DNA of 30,664 nucleotides from Candidatus Ratteibacteria bacterium (lineage in GTDB: Bacteria > Ratteibacteria > UBA8468 > B48-G9 > JAFGKM01): contig JBKBIN010000015.1 in NCBI GenBank assembly GCA_046296715.1, positions 1-30,664 of the forward strand. Reading direction: 5' to 3'. The translations under genes and the position numbers were made by a program. The notes below the pieces were generated by a model, which did not search any database, was not told where the DNA came from, and was given only the letters and a program-made list of their open reading frames with translations. Shown here piece after piece: positions 1 through 9,056 of the stretch; the first letter of the stretch is position 1; every line of letters starts with the position of its first letter.

Positions 1-2
1 CA

Positions 3-866
3 ACTTACTATGTCGCTCAACAAACAAGTAGGTATGTAAAAGTTGCTTTAAATGGAGATGGTGGTGATGAAAATTTTGCAGGTTATCCGAGATATTATCA
101 AACAAAATTACTTGAAAGATTATTAAAAACATCAAAAAAAACAAGGATTATAAACAAAAAAACAAAGATTCTAATTGAAAAACTCTATAATAAAAAACCA
201 TATTTTTTCCCAAATCGTATATTAAAATGGCTACAAGAAGCAGATGACAATGGATTCTGTTATGCATATTCAAGAAGATTAACATCTTTTTCACCAGAAT
301 GGAAAGACAAATTATTTAGTCAGGAGTTTAAAGAAAATTTAAAAAATTATAATTCTTTTGAAATAACAGAAAATTTATGGAAAAAAGCAAATGAGATAGA
401 TATATTAGAAAAAATGATTTTTTGTGATTTTAATTTATACCTACCAGAAATTTTACTTGTTAAGATGGATATCGCATGTATGTCAAATTCTATTGAAGGA
501 AGAAGCCCATTTTTAGATAGTGAATTTATAGAACTTATTGCATCTTTTCCGCCTAAATTAAAACTAAATGGTAAAATTAGTAAATATATATTAAAAGAAA
601 AACTTAAAGGATTTTTACCAAAAGAAATTTTAGAAAGAAAAAAAATGGGATTTGGTGTTCCACTTGGAAAATGGTTTAGAAGCGAACTTAAAAATTATCT
701 AAAAGAATTTGTTTTAAGTGATGCTCTTAAAAAAACTGGTCTATTTAATTATAAAAATCTTGAACTTATTTTTAAAGAACATATTGAAGGAAAATTAGAC
801 CATTCTGCAAGATTATATTTGATTTTAATTTTTGAAATATGGAGACAAATTTATAAGGTCAAGTAA
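3..866 (+). CDS. asnB: Asparagine synthase (glutamine-hydrolysing) family amidotransferase, C-terminal part (5' end outside window)
   Basis: The frame of the 414..866 ORF is open back to base 3 and reads TYYVAQQTSRYVKVALNGDGGDENFAGYPRY. It continues with LPEILLVKMDIACM, EGRSPFLD and RKKMGFGVP, all AsnB synthetase-domain motifs. The context suggests a glycan amidotransferase. Confidence 0.93.
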   Translation, partial: TYYVAQQTSRYVKVALNGDGGDENFAGYPRYYQTKLLERLLKTSKKTRIINKKTKILIEKLYNKKPYFFPNRILKWLQEADDNGFCYAYSRRLTSFSPEWKDKLFSQEFKENLKNYNSFEITENLWKKANEIDILEKMIFCDFNLYLPEILLVKMDIACMSNSIEGRSPFLDSEFIELIASFPPKLKLNGKISKYILKEKLKGFLPKEILERKKMGFGVPLGKWFRSELKNYLKEFVLSDALKKTGLFNYKNLELIFKEHIEGKLDHSARLYLILIFEIWRQIYKVK

Positions 867-867
867 G

Positions 868-875
868 GGAGGAGG
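868..875 (+). promoter_or_regulatory. Shine-Dalgarno site for the HEAT-repeat gene
   Basis: GGAGGAGG lies just upstream of the ATG at 880. Confidence 0.75.
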
Positions 876-879
876 TAAT

Positions 880-2073
880 ATGAGAAGAATATTTTTATTT
901 TTCTTTTTCTCTATTCAAATGCTTTTCTGTCAAGAAATACCAAAAGAATTAAAAATAGAGATTGAAAATTTGAAATCAGAAAATGTTTTAAGCAGAGTAT
1001 ATGGTGCTTATAAAATTAGAAACTTAAAATTTGATGTTAAAGAAAGCGTTCCTTATCTTTTAAATATTTTAGATGATGAAAGGATTGTAGTAGATAAAAT
1101 TCTTGGAAAAACATCTCCTTGGAATGAGGCAAAAAAGACAATTATAAAAATTGGTAGTAAAGCATTACCCTATCTCTTTGAAAAATTTAATGACGAAACA
1201 ACATCAAAAAACTTAAAAATTAAAATTATTGAAATTCTTGGTGAAATTAATGATGAAACTTCTTTAATATTTCTTGAAAAAATTGCTAATGAGAAAGATT
1301 ATGATTTGAAAGAAAAGGCGATTGAAATTCTGTCTTTAAATAAAAATGAAATTGATTTTCTAATTAATTATTTCAAAACTGCAGATAATAACTTAAAAAT
1401 AAAGATTATATCAGGTTTTGGTAGAACAAAAAATAATCAGGCACTTCCTTTTTTATACGAACTTTTAAATGATAAAAATTGGGAAATAAGAAAATATACT
1501 ATATGGGCAATAGGAGAAATTAAAGAAAATGTTGATATAGAAAAATTGATTCCTCTTGTAAAGGATAAAAATGAATTTGTTAGAAAAGAACTTGCTGAAG
1601 CGTTTGGAAAAATTAAAAATAGTTCAACCATTTCTTATTTAATTGAATTGATTAATGATTCAAACTGGATTGTTAAAGTAGCAAGTATAAAAGCAGCAAG
1701 TGAATTTAAAGACATAAGATTTTTTGAACCAATTTTAAATTCTCTTTATGATAAACAAATAGAAGTAAAACTTGAAGCAATAAAAGCATTATCTGTTTTA
1801 AAAGATAAAAGAGCAACAATACCATTAATATCAAATTTAAATGATAGGTACCATTTACTTGTAAGAGAATATTGTGCATATGCCCTTGGAGAGATAAATG
1901 ATAAAAGAGCAATTTATTCTTTAATCAATTTATTAAAGAGTGAAAATTATGAATTAAAAAAAATTGCAAGGGATTCATTGAGAAAAATAACAGGACTTGA
2001 TTTTGGATATGATAGAGAAAAATGGTATAACTGGGCAGGACAAAATAGAATTTCATCAATTAGAGAAAATTAA
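880..2073 (+). CDS. Exported HEAT/PBS-lyase repeat protein
   Basis: Start placed at ATG 880 behind a strong RBS. The N-terminus MRRIFLFFFFSIQMLFC resembles a signal peptide. About ten ~31-aa repeats of the type L.D....VR..A..ALG.I follow, ending in LRKITGLDFGYDREKWYNW. Confidence 0.88.
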   Translation: MRRIFLFFFFSIQMLFCQEIPKELKIEIENLKSENVLSRVYGAYKIRNLKFDVKESVPYLLNILDDERIVVDKILGKTSPWNEAKKTIIKIGSKALPYLFEKFNDETTSKNLKIKIIEILGEINDETSLIFLEKIANEKDYDLKEKAIEILSLNKNEIDFLINYFKTADNNLKIKIISGFGRTKNNQALPFLYELLNDKNWEIRKYTIWAIGEIKENVDIEKLIPLVKDKNEFVRKELAEAFGKIKNSSTISYLIELINDSNWIVKVASIKAASEFKDIRFFEPILNSLYDKQIEVKLEAIKALSVLKDKRATIPLISNLNDRYHLLVREYCAYALGEINDKRAIYSLINLLKSENYELKKIARDSLRKITGLDFGYDREKWYNWAGQNRISSIREN

Positions 2074-3196
2074 AATCTGCTATGTAATAGGGACTCTTCA
2101 TATAGGTGGTGCTGAAAAACAACTCTATTTATTAATAAAAAACTTAGATAAAGAAAGATTTGAGCCATTTCTAATTTCTTTAAGAGATGGGAGGATGAAA
2201 AAAGATTTTGAAGAGATAACAAATCTATATATTCTGAAAAAAAAATTTAAGTTTGATTTAGCAATTCTTTTTAATCTTATAAAGATAATAAAAAAAGAAA
2301 AACCAGATATTTTACATACATTTATGTTCACTTCAAATACATGGGGAAGATTAGCAGGAATTATTTGTAAAGTTCCGGTTATTATTGCATCAGAGAGAAG
2401 TGCAGACCTATGGAAAAGATGGTATCATAATTTAATTGATAAATTTTTGCTTAAATTTACAAAAAAAATCATTTGCAATTCAGAGGAAGTAAAAAATATT
2501 TATATAAAAAGAATTGACGGCGAAAAGGAAAAATTTGAAGTTATTTATAATGGATTAGAAATTGAAAAATATGAAGAAATTAAAGAAGAAGCAAAACTTA
2601 AGAATGAATTTGGAATTAAAGATGAAAAAATTATACTTACAGGAGGAAGATTATCATTTGAAAAGAATCTCAAAAGATTTTTATTTATTGCAAAAAAAAT
2701 AAGAAAGGGATTTGGAAATATAAAATTTCTTATTGTAGGAGAAGGAGAAGAAAAAGAAGAATTGGAAAAACTAACAGAAAATTTGAATATGAAAGATTGT
2801 GTTATTTTTACTGGTTATAGAAGTGATTTGCCTAAATTGTTAAAATTATCAGATATAGTTGTTCTTATTTCTTTATGGGAGGGTATGCCAAATTTAATAA
2901 TAGAAGGGATGTTGTGTAAAAAGCCAGTTATATGTACAAAAATAGGAGGTGGAAAAGAAATAATTAAAGATGGAGAAAATGGATTTTTAGTTGACCCTAA
3001 GGATGAAAAGGAAATAGTAGAAAAAATTCTGTTTTTACTTAAAAATGAAGAAAAATGTAAGATTATGGGAGAAAAAGGATATAATTACGCTAAAAGAATT
3101 TTTTCTCTTGATAAAATGGTTGAAAATTACCAAAATTTATATTTAAATTTATGGAGAAATAAAAAATGTCAAAATACATTTTTAATAAAAAAATAG
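1997..3196 (+). CDS. Glycosyltransferase family 4 (GT-B)
   Basis: Motifs IGTLHIGGAEKQL, KPDILHT, VIYNG and SLWEGMPNLIIEGM (EX7E). The start is uncertain (TTG 1997 or ATG 2009); both overlap the HEAT gene. Confidence 0.92.
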   Translation: MILDMIEKNGITGQDKIEFHQLEKIKICYVIGTLHIGGAEKQLYLLIKNLDKERFEPFLISLRDGRMKKDFEEITNLYILKKKFKFDLAILFNLIKIIKKEKPDILHTFMFTSNTWGRLAGIICKVPVIIASERSADLWKRWYHNLIDKFLLKFTKKIICNSEEVKNIYIKRIDGEKEKFEVIYNGLEIEKYEEIKEEAKLKNEFGIKDEKIILTGGRLSFEKNLKRFLFIAKKIRKGFGNIKFLIVGEGEEKEELEKLTENLNMKDCVIFTGYRSDLPKLLKLSDIVVLISLWEGMPNLIIEGMLCKKPVICTKIGGGKEIIKDGENGFLVDPKDEKEIVEKILFLLKNEEKCKIMGEKGYNYAKRIFSLDKMVENYQNLYLNLWRNKKCQNTFLIKK

Positions 3197-3339
3197 ATTT
3201 TGAAACTCATAATAAAGAAATAGAAAAACTTTGGGAGAACTTTAGAAAGAAAAATCCATCCCGTGTGCCTGTAACTTTCTCTATAAATTCAAGAATGATC
3301 ATTTTAAATCCTGAATTAAACAAGTGGAAATACACATAA
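3166..3339 (+). pseudogene. Truncated 57-codon ORF, probable N-terminal remnant of a longer gene (possibly URO-D-fold family)
   Basis: GGAG at 3153-3156 and ATG at 3166 overlap the GT4 3' end like other coupled genes here. It reads MSKYIFNKKIDFETHNKEIEKLWENFRKKNPSRVPVTFSINSRMIILNPELNKWKYT* and stops just before the convergent gene. The family assignment is from recollection only. Confidence 0.55.
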
Positions 3340-3349
3340 AAGTACTTTT

Positions 3350-4778
3350 TTAAAAATCCAGTAAAATTTGAAATCTAAAGAAATTTTTTTCTAATTCTAT
3401 AAGTTTATATTCATTTTGCCTAAGTCCAAAAATTTCTTCAAAATTTTTAATTGGTATCTCAAGATAAAAATAGTTGGGAGGTTTTTCTCTTATAAGTTTC
3501 TGAAGTTCTTTCCTGTATTCAGGGACTTTATCAAAATCTTGTGTAAATCCCCAAAACCTCCAAGGACTTTCAGTTTTTGTTGTAAAATAAACTTCTCCAT
3601 AGCATGAAGAAATAAAAATTGTTTCTCCGGGTTTTACATATTTAATCACAGTAAATACAACTGGATTAACTACTATTCTTTTGTCTTTCAAAATAAAAAA
3701 TTTATAAAATGCCTTATATGAGTGAATAAATCTCTTTTTGATTAATGAAGAAGTCAATAATATACAAAATATAAGAAAAATTAAGGCAAATTTTTTTGAA
3801 TAATTTTTTGAAATAATCAAACTGCCAATAAAAATTAAAAGATTCAATAAAAGTATATAATGGGTATATAAAGCAAAAGTTGTAAAATAAATAAAAAGTA
3901 AAGATAAGAATAAAAGAAAAAATAAAAATTTTAACTTATCTTTCGCTAACAATATAAATGGAATAAACAATAAAACTTGCTTTCCAGGTCCTGTAAATAA
4001 GAAAATACGGAATCTATAATTAATATCATTAAAAAAACTTAATAAATCCATTTTTGTAACTCTATTTGATTTTGTTAAATAGAAAGAAAAAGTTATTGTT
4101 TCAAAGGATTCTGGTGCTCCTTTTATAAATATGTGTAAAAAGAATAAAAAAGATGTTAAAAATCCATAAATAAAAAAGATTCTTTCTCCACTTAAAATTC
4201 TTTCTTTAAAAAATAAAAAAATAACCAAAGTAACTAAAATATATGGTTGCTTTAGCATAGATAACCAGACAAAACAATTTCCCAAAATAAAATCGCCTAT
4301 TTTTGAAGGTCTTTTAAACAAAAGATATAAAGATATAAATGAAAAAAATAAAAAGAAATGTTCTGTTAAGTTCCCTCCACTGAAAGCAGCGTAAATTCTA
4401 TAGGTTGTAGTAAATAAAATTGAAATTATCCAAAAAAAACTTTCTTTTTTTAAATCCTTCAAGATTAAGTATATAAAAATTAGCATACTTATATTTGTCA
4501 AAATATCGGTAAAATAAAGTGTCCATCTTGAATCAGGAAAAATTTTAAAAAGGAAAGCATATATGTAATATATTGCAGGAAATTTATAATCCCAAACTTC
4601 TTTATATAAAATTTTCCCTTTATTTATCTGTTGTCCTATATAAGCATAAATTCCACTATCAATAAACATTGAATTATAAGTAGGATTATGAGGGAAAGAA
4701 ACGATAAAAAAATAAACAATTGATAAAAAAATTAAAATATATTCTCTAATTTTTTCACATTCAAACCTTTTTTTTCAT
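3350..4778 (-). CDS. Multi-TM GT-C-fold (ArnT/PMT-like) glycosyltransferase; probable true start ATG 4778 with a +1 frameshift in an A8 run; uninterrupted ORF from ATG 4669
   Basis: Very hydrophobic protein with IDSGIYAYIG..KILYKEVWDYKFPAIYYIY, NLTEHF and LKQP motifs. The frame stays open upstream of 4669 to 4774 and encodes an extra TM segment, but has no in-frame ATG/GTG/TTG. Confidence 0.72.
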
Positions 4779-5739
4779 ATTCCCTTGCTATTTTAAGTAA
4801 TTTTTTAATTTTGGGTAAGTCAATCAATCTATCAAGTGAAAAATTTATTGATAATGGTTTGTAAGTTGTAAGTCCTATATATAAATTTTCAAGTTGACTC
4901 TCATTTAAGTTAAAAACTTCCCATGGTTTGATTCTTAAAGTAAATTTACAAGGACAAGTTTTTGATAAGATTTCTCCATTTAGGTATGGATCTGTCCCTG
5001 GATCAAATGAATCAATTTTTATATCTTCCAAAAATTTTAAATGCTGTTTTCTCAACAATTCACTATGTAGAAATCTCTCTGTTGCTTTCAGTCCTTCATA
5101 AAACTTATTCCAGTAAGGTAAAACAAATTCAGGAAATAAATCTGGAGGCAAAATTCCTGCAAAATCATCTGGTATTCCCTTTGGTCCTTCTTTAATTTCT
5201 TCACCAAAATAATTCAATATTGTTTTTGTATAATTTAAAGCACTTTCTACACAAAAATTAAGTAATTTTTTTGCTTTTTCTGGATTATCATAAACAAGAA
5301 TAAAAAATTCTTGCCCCATAAGTAAAACTGCGGTAGTTACAGGTCCTTCATAAAGATGTCCAATTGTATTTGGTGTTTCTGGAACAAGTTTTTTTAATTC
5401 TGCAAGAGTTTTCAATTTTTTCTGTATTATAGGTGCACTCAAATAATCTTCCGGCTCTTTCAAATTATCAATATCTTCAAAATTTTTTATTATAGGAAAT
5501 GGCTTTGGTTCTCCATCAGGAGGAAATTCAATCTTTGCTCCAAGAGAAGCAATATGAGGATAGGCAAAACCAGCCATTTTTGGAATAGGTGCCTGAACTT
5601 GCAATTCTTCTGCTATTTCTTTTAATTTTTCATATGCTTTTATAATTGAATTTGGTTCAAAATGTAATTGATAAAAATTTATATTCCCAAGTTCTAAAAG
5701 TAAATGGTCTGAAAAACCAAAACTAAAATTCTGTCCCAT
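4732..5739 (-). CDS. Uroporphyrinogen decarboxylase (URO-D/MtaA-CmuA) fold family protein
   Basis: Start set at ATG 5739 (MGQNFSF); the longer ORF-track extension overlaps the opposite gene. Motifs EGPVTTAVLLMGQEFF..VYDNPEKAKKLL, DDFAGILPPDLFPEFVLPY and RFLHS are typical of the URO-D-like TIM barrel. Substrate unknown. Confidence 0.8.
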   Translation of the reverse strand: MGQNFSFGFSDHLLLELGNINFYQLHFEPNSIIKAYEKLKEIAEELQVQAPIPKMAGFAYPHIASLGAKIEFPPDGEPKPFPIIKNFEDIDNLKEPEDYLSAPIIQKKLKTLAELKKLVPETPNTIGHLYEGPVTTAVLLMGQEFFILVYDNPEKAKKLLNFCVESALNYTKTILNYFGEEIKEGPKGIPDDFAGILPPDLFPEFVLPYWNKFYEGLKATERFLHSELLRKQHLKFLEDIKIDSFDPGTDPYLNGEILSKTCPCKFTLRIKPWEVFNLNESQLENLYIGLTTYKPLSINFSLDRLIDLPKIKKLLKIAREYEKKGLNVKKLENIF

Positions 5740-5760
5740 TTTTTTTATCTTTTGTAATGT

Positions 5761-5789
5761 ATTATAATAATTTATGACTATGAAGGCAA
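5761..5789. promoter_or_regulatory. Overlapping divergent sigma70-type promoters
   Basis: The palindrome ATTATAAT (5761-5768) gives TATAAT on both strands. On the minus strand TTGCCT (5789-5784) lies exactly 17 nt upstream. On the plus strand the -10 ends 5 nt before ATG 5774. Confidence 0.6.
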
Positions 5790-6991
5790 ACAAGAAAAAA
5801 TTTTTAATTATAATTTTTTTTGTAAGTTTAAGCATAAGAATTGGGTTTATCTTAACTCTTGATAATTCTGTTGATGTATGGGGTGATTGGTGGGATGAAC
5901 TTGGATGGAAAATTGCTTCTGGTAAGGGATACTGGGTTAACAATCCTTATTTTCCTGAAGGAGAAAAATTTTACGCATGGAGAAGCCCGGGTTTTCCTAT
6001 TTTTTTAGCGTTGATTTATAAAATTTTCGGACACAATTTTCTTTTTGCTAAAATTGGACTTGCCATTTTAAGTTCTTTAACATGTATTTTATTATATTTT
6101 CTTACAAAAACTTTGATTAATATGAAAACTGCTTGTTGGGTTTCTTTAATTTATTCCATCTATCCTGCATCTATTTTTTGGACTGGCTATCTTGCTCCTG
6201 AAACATTTATAACTTTTCTATTAGTCCTAAGTATTTTTTTATTAACAGAATGGCATTTTAATAACAAAAAAATTTTATTTTTTATTTTTGGGAATTTAAC
6301 TTTTGGATTTTTATCTATTACAAAACCTACTTTTCTTGCATTATGCCCATTTTTGATATTAACTTTTGCTTTAATGCATAAAAAAGATTTATTGAAAATA
6401 TTACTTATTTCATCTTTTTGCCTATCGTTTTTTCCTTTATTATGGGGAATAAGAAATTATAAAATTTTCAACAAGTTGTTCATTACATCTTCTGAAGGGG
6501 GGATAGTTTTTTTCATTGCAAATAATGAGAAATCTTTAAGTAGTCCTACTGGTTTTTACCATTCAGAAGATGTTGAAGAATTTAAAGGTCTCTCTGAAAT
6601 TGAAATTGATAAATTACTATATAAGAAAACATTTAAATTCATCAAAAACAATCCTATGTTATACTTTAAACTTATAATCAATAGATTTATAAAATTTTGG
6701 AGGTTATATCCACATACAATTTCTGGACCTGGAGAATCATATAAAAAATTTCATCAGATAATAAGTTTTATCAGTGAGACACCCATTATAATCTTAGGTA
6801 CTCTTGGAATTTTGTTTTCTTTTAAAGAATTTTATAAATGGATACTTTTATATTTAACAATATTTCTTTATAGTGGATTGTCAATTTTGATTAGAACAAC
6901 AATAAGATATCGCTTCCCAATAATGGGCTTTTTAATAATATTTGCAATATATTTTTTGAAAATGACCAAATATGGAAAAAAATATTTTTGA
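5774..6991 (+). CDS. GT-C (ArnT/PMT_2, GT39/GT83-like) membrane glycosyltransferase
   Basis: Many TM segments; motifs AWRSPGFPIFLA, PETF, TKPT, WGIRNY and RYRFP. Confidence 0.85.
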   Translation: MTMKANKKKFLIIIFFVSLSIRIGFILTLDNSVDVWGDWWDELGWKIASGKGYWVNNPYFPEGEKFYAWRSPGFPIFLALIYKIFGHNFLFAKIGLAILSSLTCILLYFLTKTLINMKTACWVSLIYSIYPASIFWTGYLAPETFITFLLVLSIFLLTEWHFNNKKILFFIFGNLTFGFLSITKPTFLALCPFLILTFALMHKKDLLKILLISSFCLSFFPLLWGIRNYKIFNKLFITSSEGGIVFFIANNEKSLSSPTGFYHSEDVEEFKGLSEIEIDKLLYKKTFKFIKNNPMLYFKLIINRFIKFWRLYPHTISGPGESYKKFHQIISFISETPIIILGTLGILFSFKEFYKWILLYLTIFLYSGLSILIRTTIRYRFPIMGFLIIFAIYFLKMTKYGKKYF

Positions 6992-7661
6992 CCAAGTAGC
7001 AAATTTTTATGAAAAAATTTTTCCAGAACATATATTTAATTATTATCTTATAAAAAGGTTAAATTTTATAAAAAAAATATGTCCAGACCGTAATAGTAAA
7101 ATACTTGATGTTGGTTGTGGAACCGGTGCCTTAATCAATCTTTTAAATAAAGAAGGATATGATGTCTGGGGAATTGATAGTTCAGAAAATATGGTTAAAA
7201 TTGCTAATAAAAGAATACCAGGGAAAATAATAAAAGGAGATATGCTTAATTTACCTTTTCCATCAGAAAATTTTGACCTTGTAATTTCTATTGTCTCTCT
7301 TCATCATTTAAGTAGTTTAAATAAAGTAAAAAAAGCAATAAAAGAAATGGCAAGAGTTACAAAAAAGTCAGGAATTATTTTAATATGGGAACATAATCCA
7401 TTAAATCTATATTGGTATTTTTTAATGAAAAGAGTTCCACAGGATATAGGAAATGAAAAATTAGTCCCTTTAAGAGTTATATTAGAAGCATTCAAAAAAA
7501 ATAAGATTAATGCATTAAAAATTATTAAAACAGGTTTTGTTCCAGATTTTGCACCAAAACGAATTTTACCATTACTTGACTTTTTAGAAAAAGGTATTAA
7601 AAGAATATTTCCGTTAAATTTATTTCTTGCTCATAATGTTATAGTAGGAAGGAAAAGTTAA
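6972..7661 (+). CDS. Class I SAM-dependent methyltransferase
   Basis: Motifs ILDVGCGTG, GIDSSENM, GDMLNLPF..FDLV, LHH and EHNPLN. Confidence 0.92.
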   Translation: MEKNIFDQVANFYEKIFPEHIFNYYLIKRLNFIKKICPDRNSKILDVGCGTGALINLLNKEGYDVWGIDSSENMVKIANKRIPGKIIKGDMLNLPFPSENFDLVISIVSLHHLSSLNKVKKAIKEMARVTKKSGIILIWEHNPLNLYWYFLMKRVPQDIGNEKLVPLRVILEAFKKNKINALKIIKTGFVPDFAPKRILPLLDFLEKGIKRIFPLNLFLAHNVIVGRKS

Positions 7662-7662
7662 A

Positions 7663-8379
7663 ATGTGGAGAAATAAAAAAGTGAGTGTAATATTTCCAAC
7701 ATATAATGAAAAGGACTCAATAAGAAATGCAATAGAGGATTTTTTTAATTCAGGATTTGTTGATGAAATTGTTGTTGTAAATAATAATGCTGTTGAAGGC
7801 ACTGACCAAGAAGTAAAAAAAACTAAAGCAGTTCTTGTATATGAAAAAAAGCAAGGATACGGTTATGCAATTCAGAAAGGTCTATCAGCTGCAACTGGTG
7901 ATTATTTAATTATTTCAGAGCCAGATGGAACTTTTGAAGGGAAAGATGTAATCAAACTTCTTGCTTACAGTGATGATTTTGATTATGTATTAGGGACAAG
8001 AACTACAAAAGAACTAATTTGGAAAGGTGCAAATATGAATTTCTTTTTAAAATGGGGAAACTGGGCTGTTGCTAAAATGATGGAATTTCTTTATAATACA
8101 ACAACTTTAACAGATGTAGGATGCACAATGCGACTTATTAAAAGACCACTTTATGAGAAAATTAAAAATCATTTTACAGTTGGAAGAGAACATTTCGGAC
8201 CAGAAATGACACTTCTTGTAATAAAGACTGGTGCTAAATTTATTGAAATACCAGTTAATTATAAACCAAGAGTTGGAAAATCCTCTGTTACTGGAAGTAT
8301 GAAAAAAGCATTTTTCCTTGGTTTGAGAATGATATTTTTAATACTTAAATATAGATTTAAAAGGATAAAATTCAAATGA
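7663..8379 (+). CDS. Glycosyltransferase family 2, polyprenol-phosphate (DPM1-like) type
   Basis: Motifs VSVIFPTYNE, VVNNN, QGYGYA, EPDGT (variant DxD), TDVGC and EIPVNYKPRVGKS. Confidence 0.9.
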   Translation: MWRNKKVSVIFPTYNEKDSIRNAIEDFFNSGFVDEIVVVNNNAVEGTDQEVKKTKAVLVYEKKQGYGYAIQKGLSAATGDYLIISEPDGTFEGKDVIKLLAYSDDFDYVLGTRTTKELIWKGANMNFFLKWGNWAVAKMMEFLYNTTTLTDVGCTMRLIKRPLYEKIKNHFTVGREHFGPEMTLLVIKTGAKFIEIPVNYKPRVGKSSVTGSMKKAFFLGLRMIFLILKYRFKRIKFK

Positions 8380-9056
8380 TACTTGCATATCACAGAATAA
8401 ATCCTTGGTATAGAAACGACCCATTAACTGTAAATCCTGAAAATTTTGAGAAACAAATAAATTATTTGTTAAAAAAGGGATTTAAAAATACCTTACCTGA
8501 AAAAAATTTTATAAAAAGCAAAACATTAATAATAACTTTTGATGATGGATTTTACGATAATTTTCTTTTTGGCTTTCCATTATTTAAAAAGTTAAAGATT
8601 AATCCAATTATATTTATCATTGCCAATTATATTTCAACGGAGAAAGTATGGAATAGATATAATGACTATGAAAGAGATAGATTTCTAAAATGGGAAGAAA
8701 TTATAGAAATTACAAAACAAGGGATAGAAATTGGTTCTCATACTTTAAGTCATCCTCATTTAACAAAAATTGATGAAGAAAAAGCAAAAGAAGAAATATT
8801 TAGTTCAAAAAAAATTATTGAAGATAAAATAGGAAAAGAAGTGAAATTTTTCTGTTATCCATATGGTGAGTTTAATGAAAAAATAATAGAGTTTGTAAAA
8901 ATTGCTGGTTATAAATATGCTTTTGTAACACCAAAAAGAAATAAAAAAATTAGAAATTCAGAATTTACTTTACGCAGAGTTGGTATCTATGGGCATAATA
9001 CATTTTTAACTTTTAAATTAAAAATATGGAAAGAATGCTTAAAAACAAAGTTTTAG
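8376..9056 (+). CDS. Polysaccharide deacetylase (NodB homology, CE4)
   Basis: Motifs ILAYHRI, ITFDDG, IGSHTLSHPHL and FCYPYG; ATGA overlap with the upstream gene. Confidence 0.93.
   Translation: MILAYHRINPWYRNDPLTVNPENFEKQINYLLKKGFKNTLPEKNFIKSKTLIITFDDGFYDNFLFGFPLFKKLKINPIIFIIANYISTEKVWNRYNDYERDRFLKWEEIIEITKQGIEIGSHTLSHPHLTKIDEEKAKEEIFSSKKIIEDKIGKEVKFFCYPYGEFNEKIIEFVKIAGYKYAFVTPKRNKKIRNSEFTLRRVGIYGHNTFLTFKLKIWKECLKTKF

Noticed and set aside
832..879. Upstream start of the HEAT gene at 832
   Set aside because: It overlaps asnB and reads through the SD sequence; ATG 880 gives a clean signal-peptide-like start.
2237..2245. A9 run in the GT4 gene and other A/T runs as phase-variation tracts
   Set aside because: They are in frame, encode Lys/Phe runs, and are expected at this AT content. 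Only the run at 4768-4775 disrupts a frame.
3337..3339. Stop-codon reassignment or readthrough at the TAA in the remnant ORF
   Set aside because: TAA, TAG and TGA all end conserved genes at the expected places in this window, and the frame closes again 13 codons later.
5740..5943. 68-aa N-terminal extension of the URO-D-like ORF in the ORF track
   Set aside because: It overlaps the opposite-strand GT-C gene head to head and the promoter palindrome; ATG 5739 is the more plausible start.
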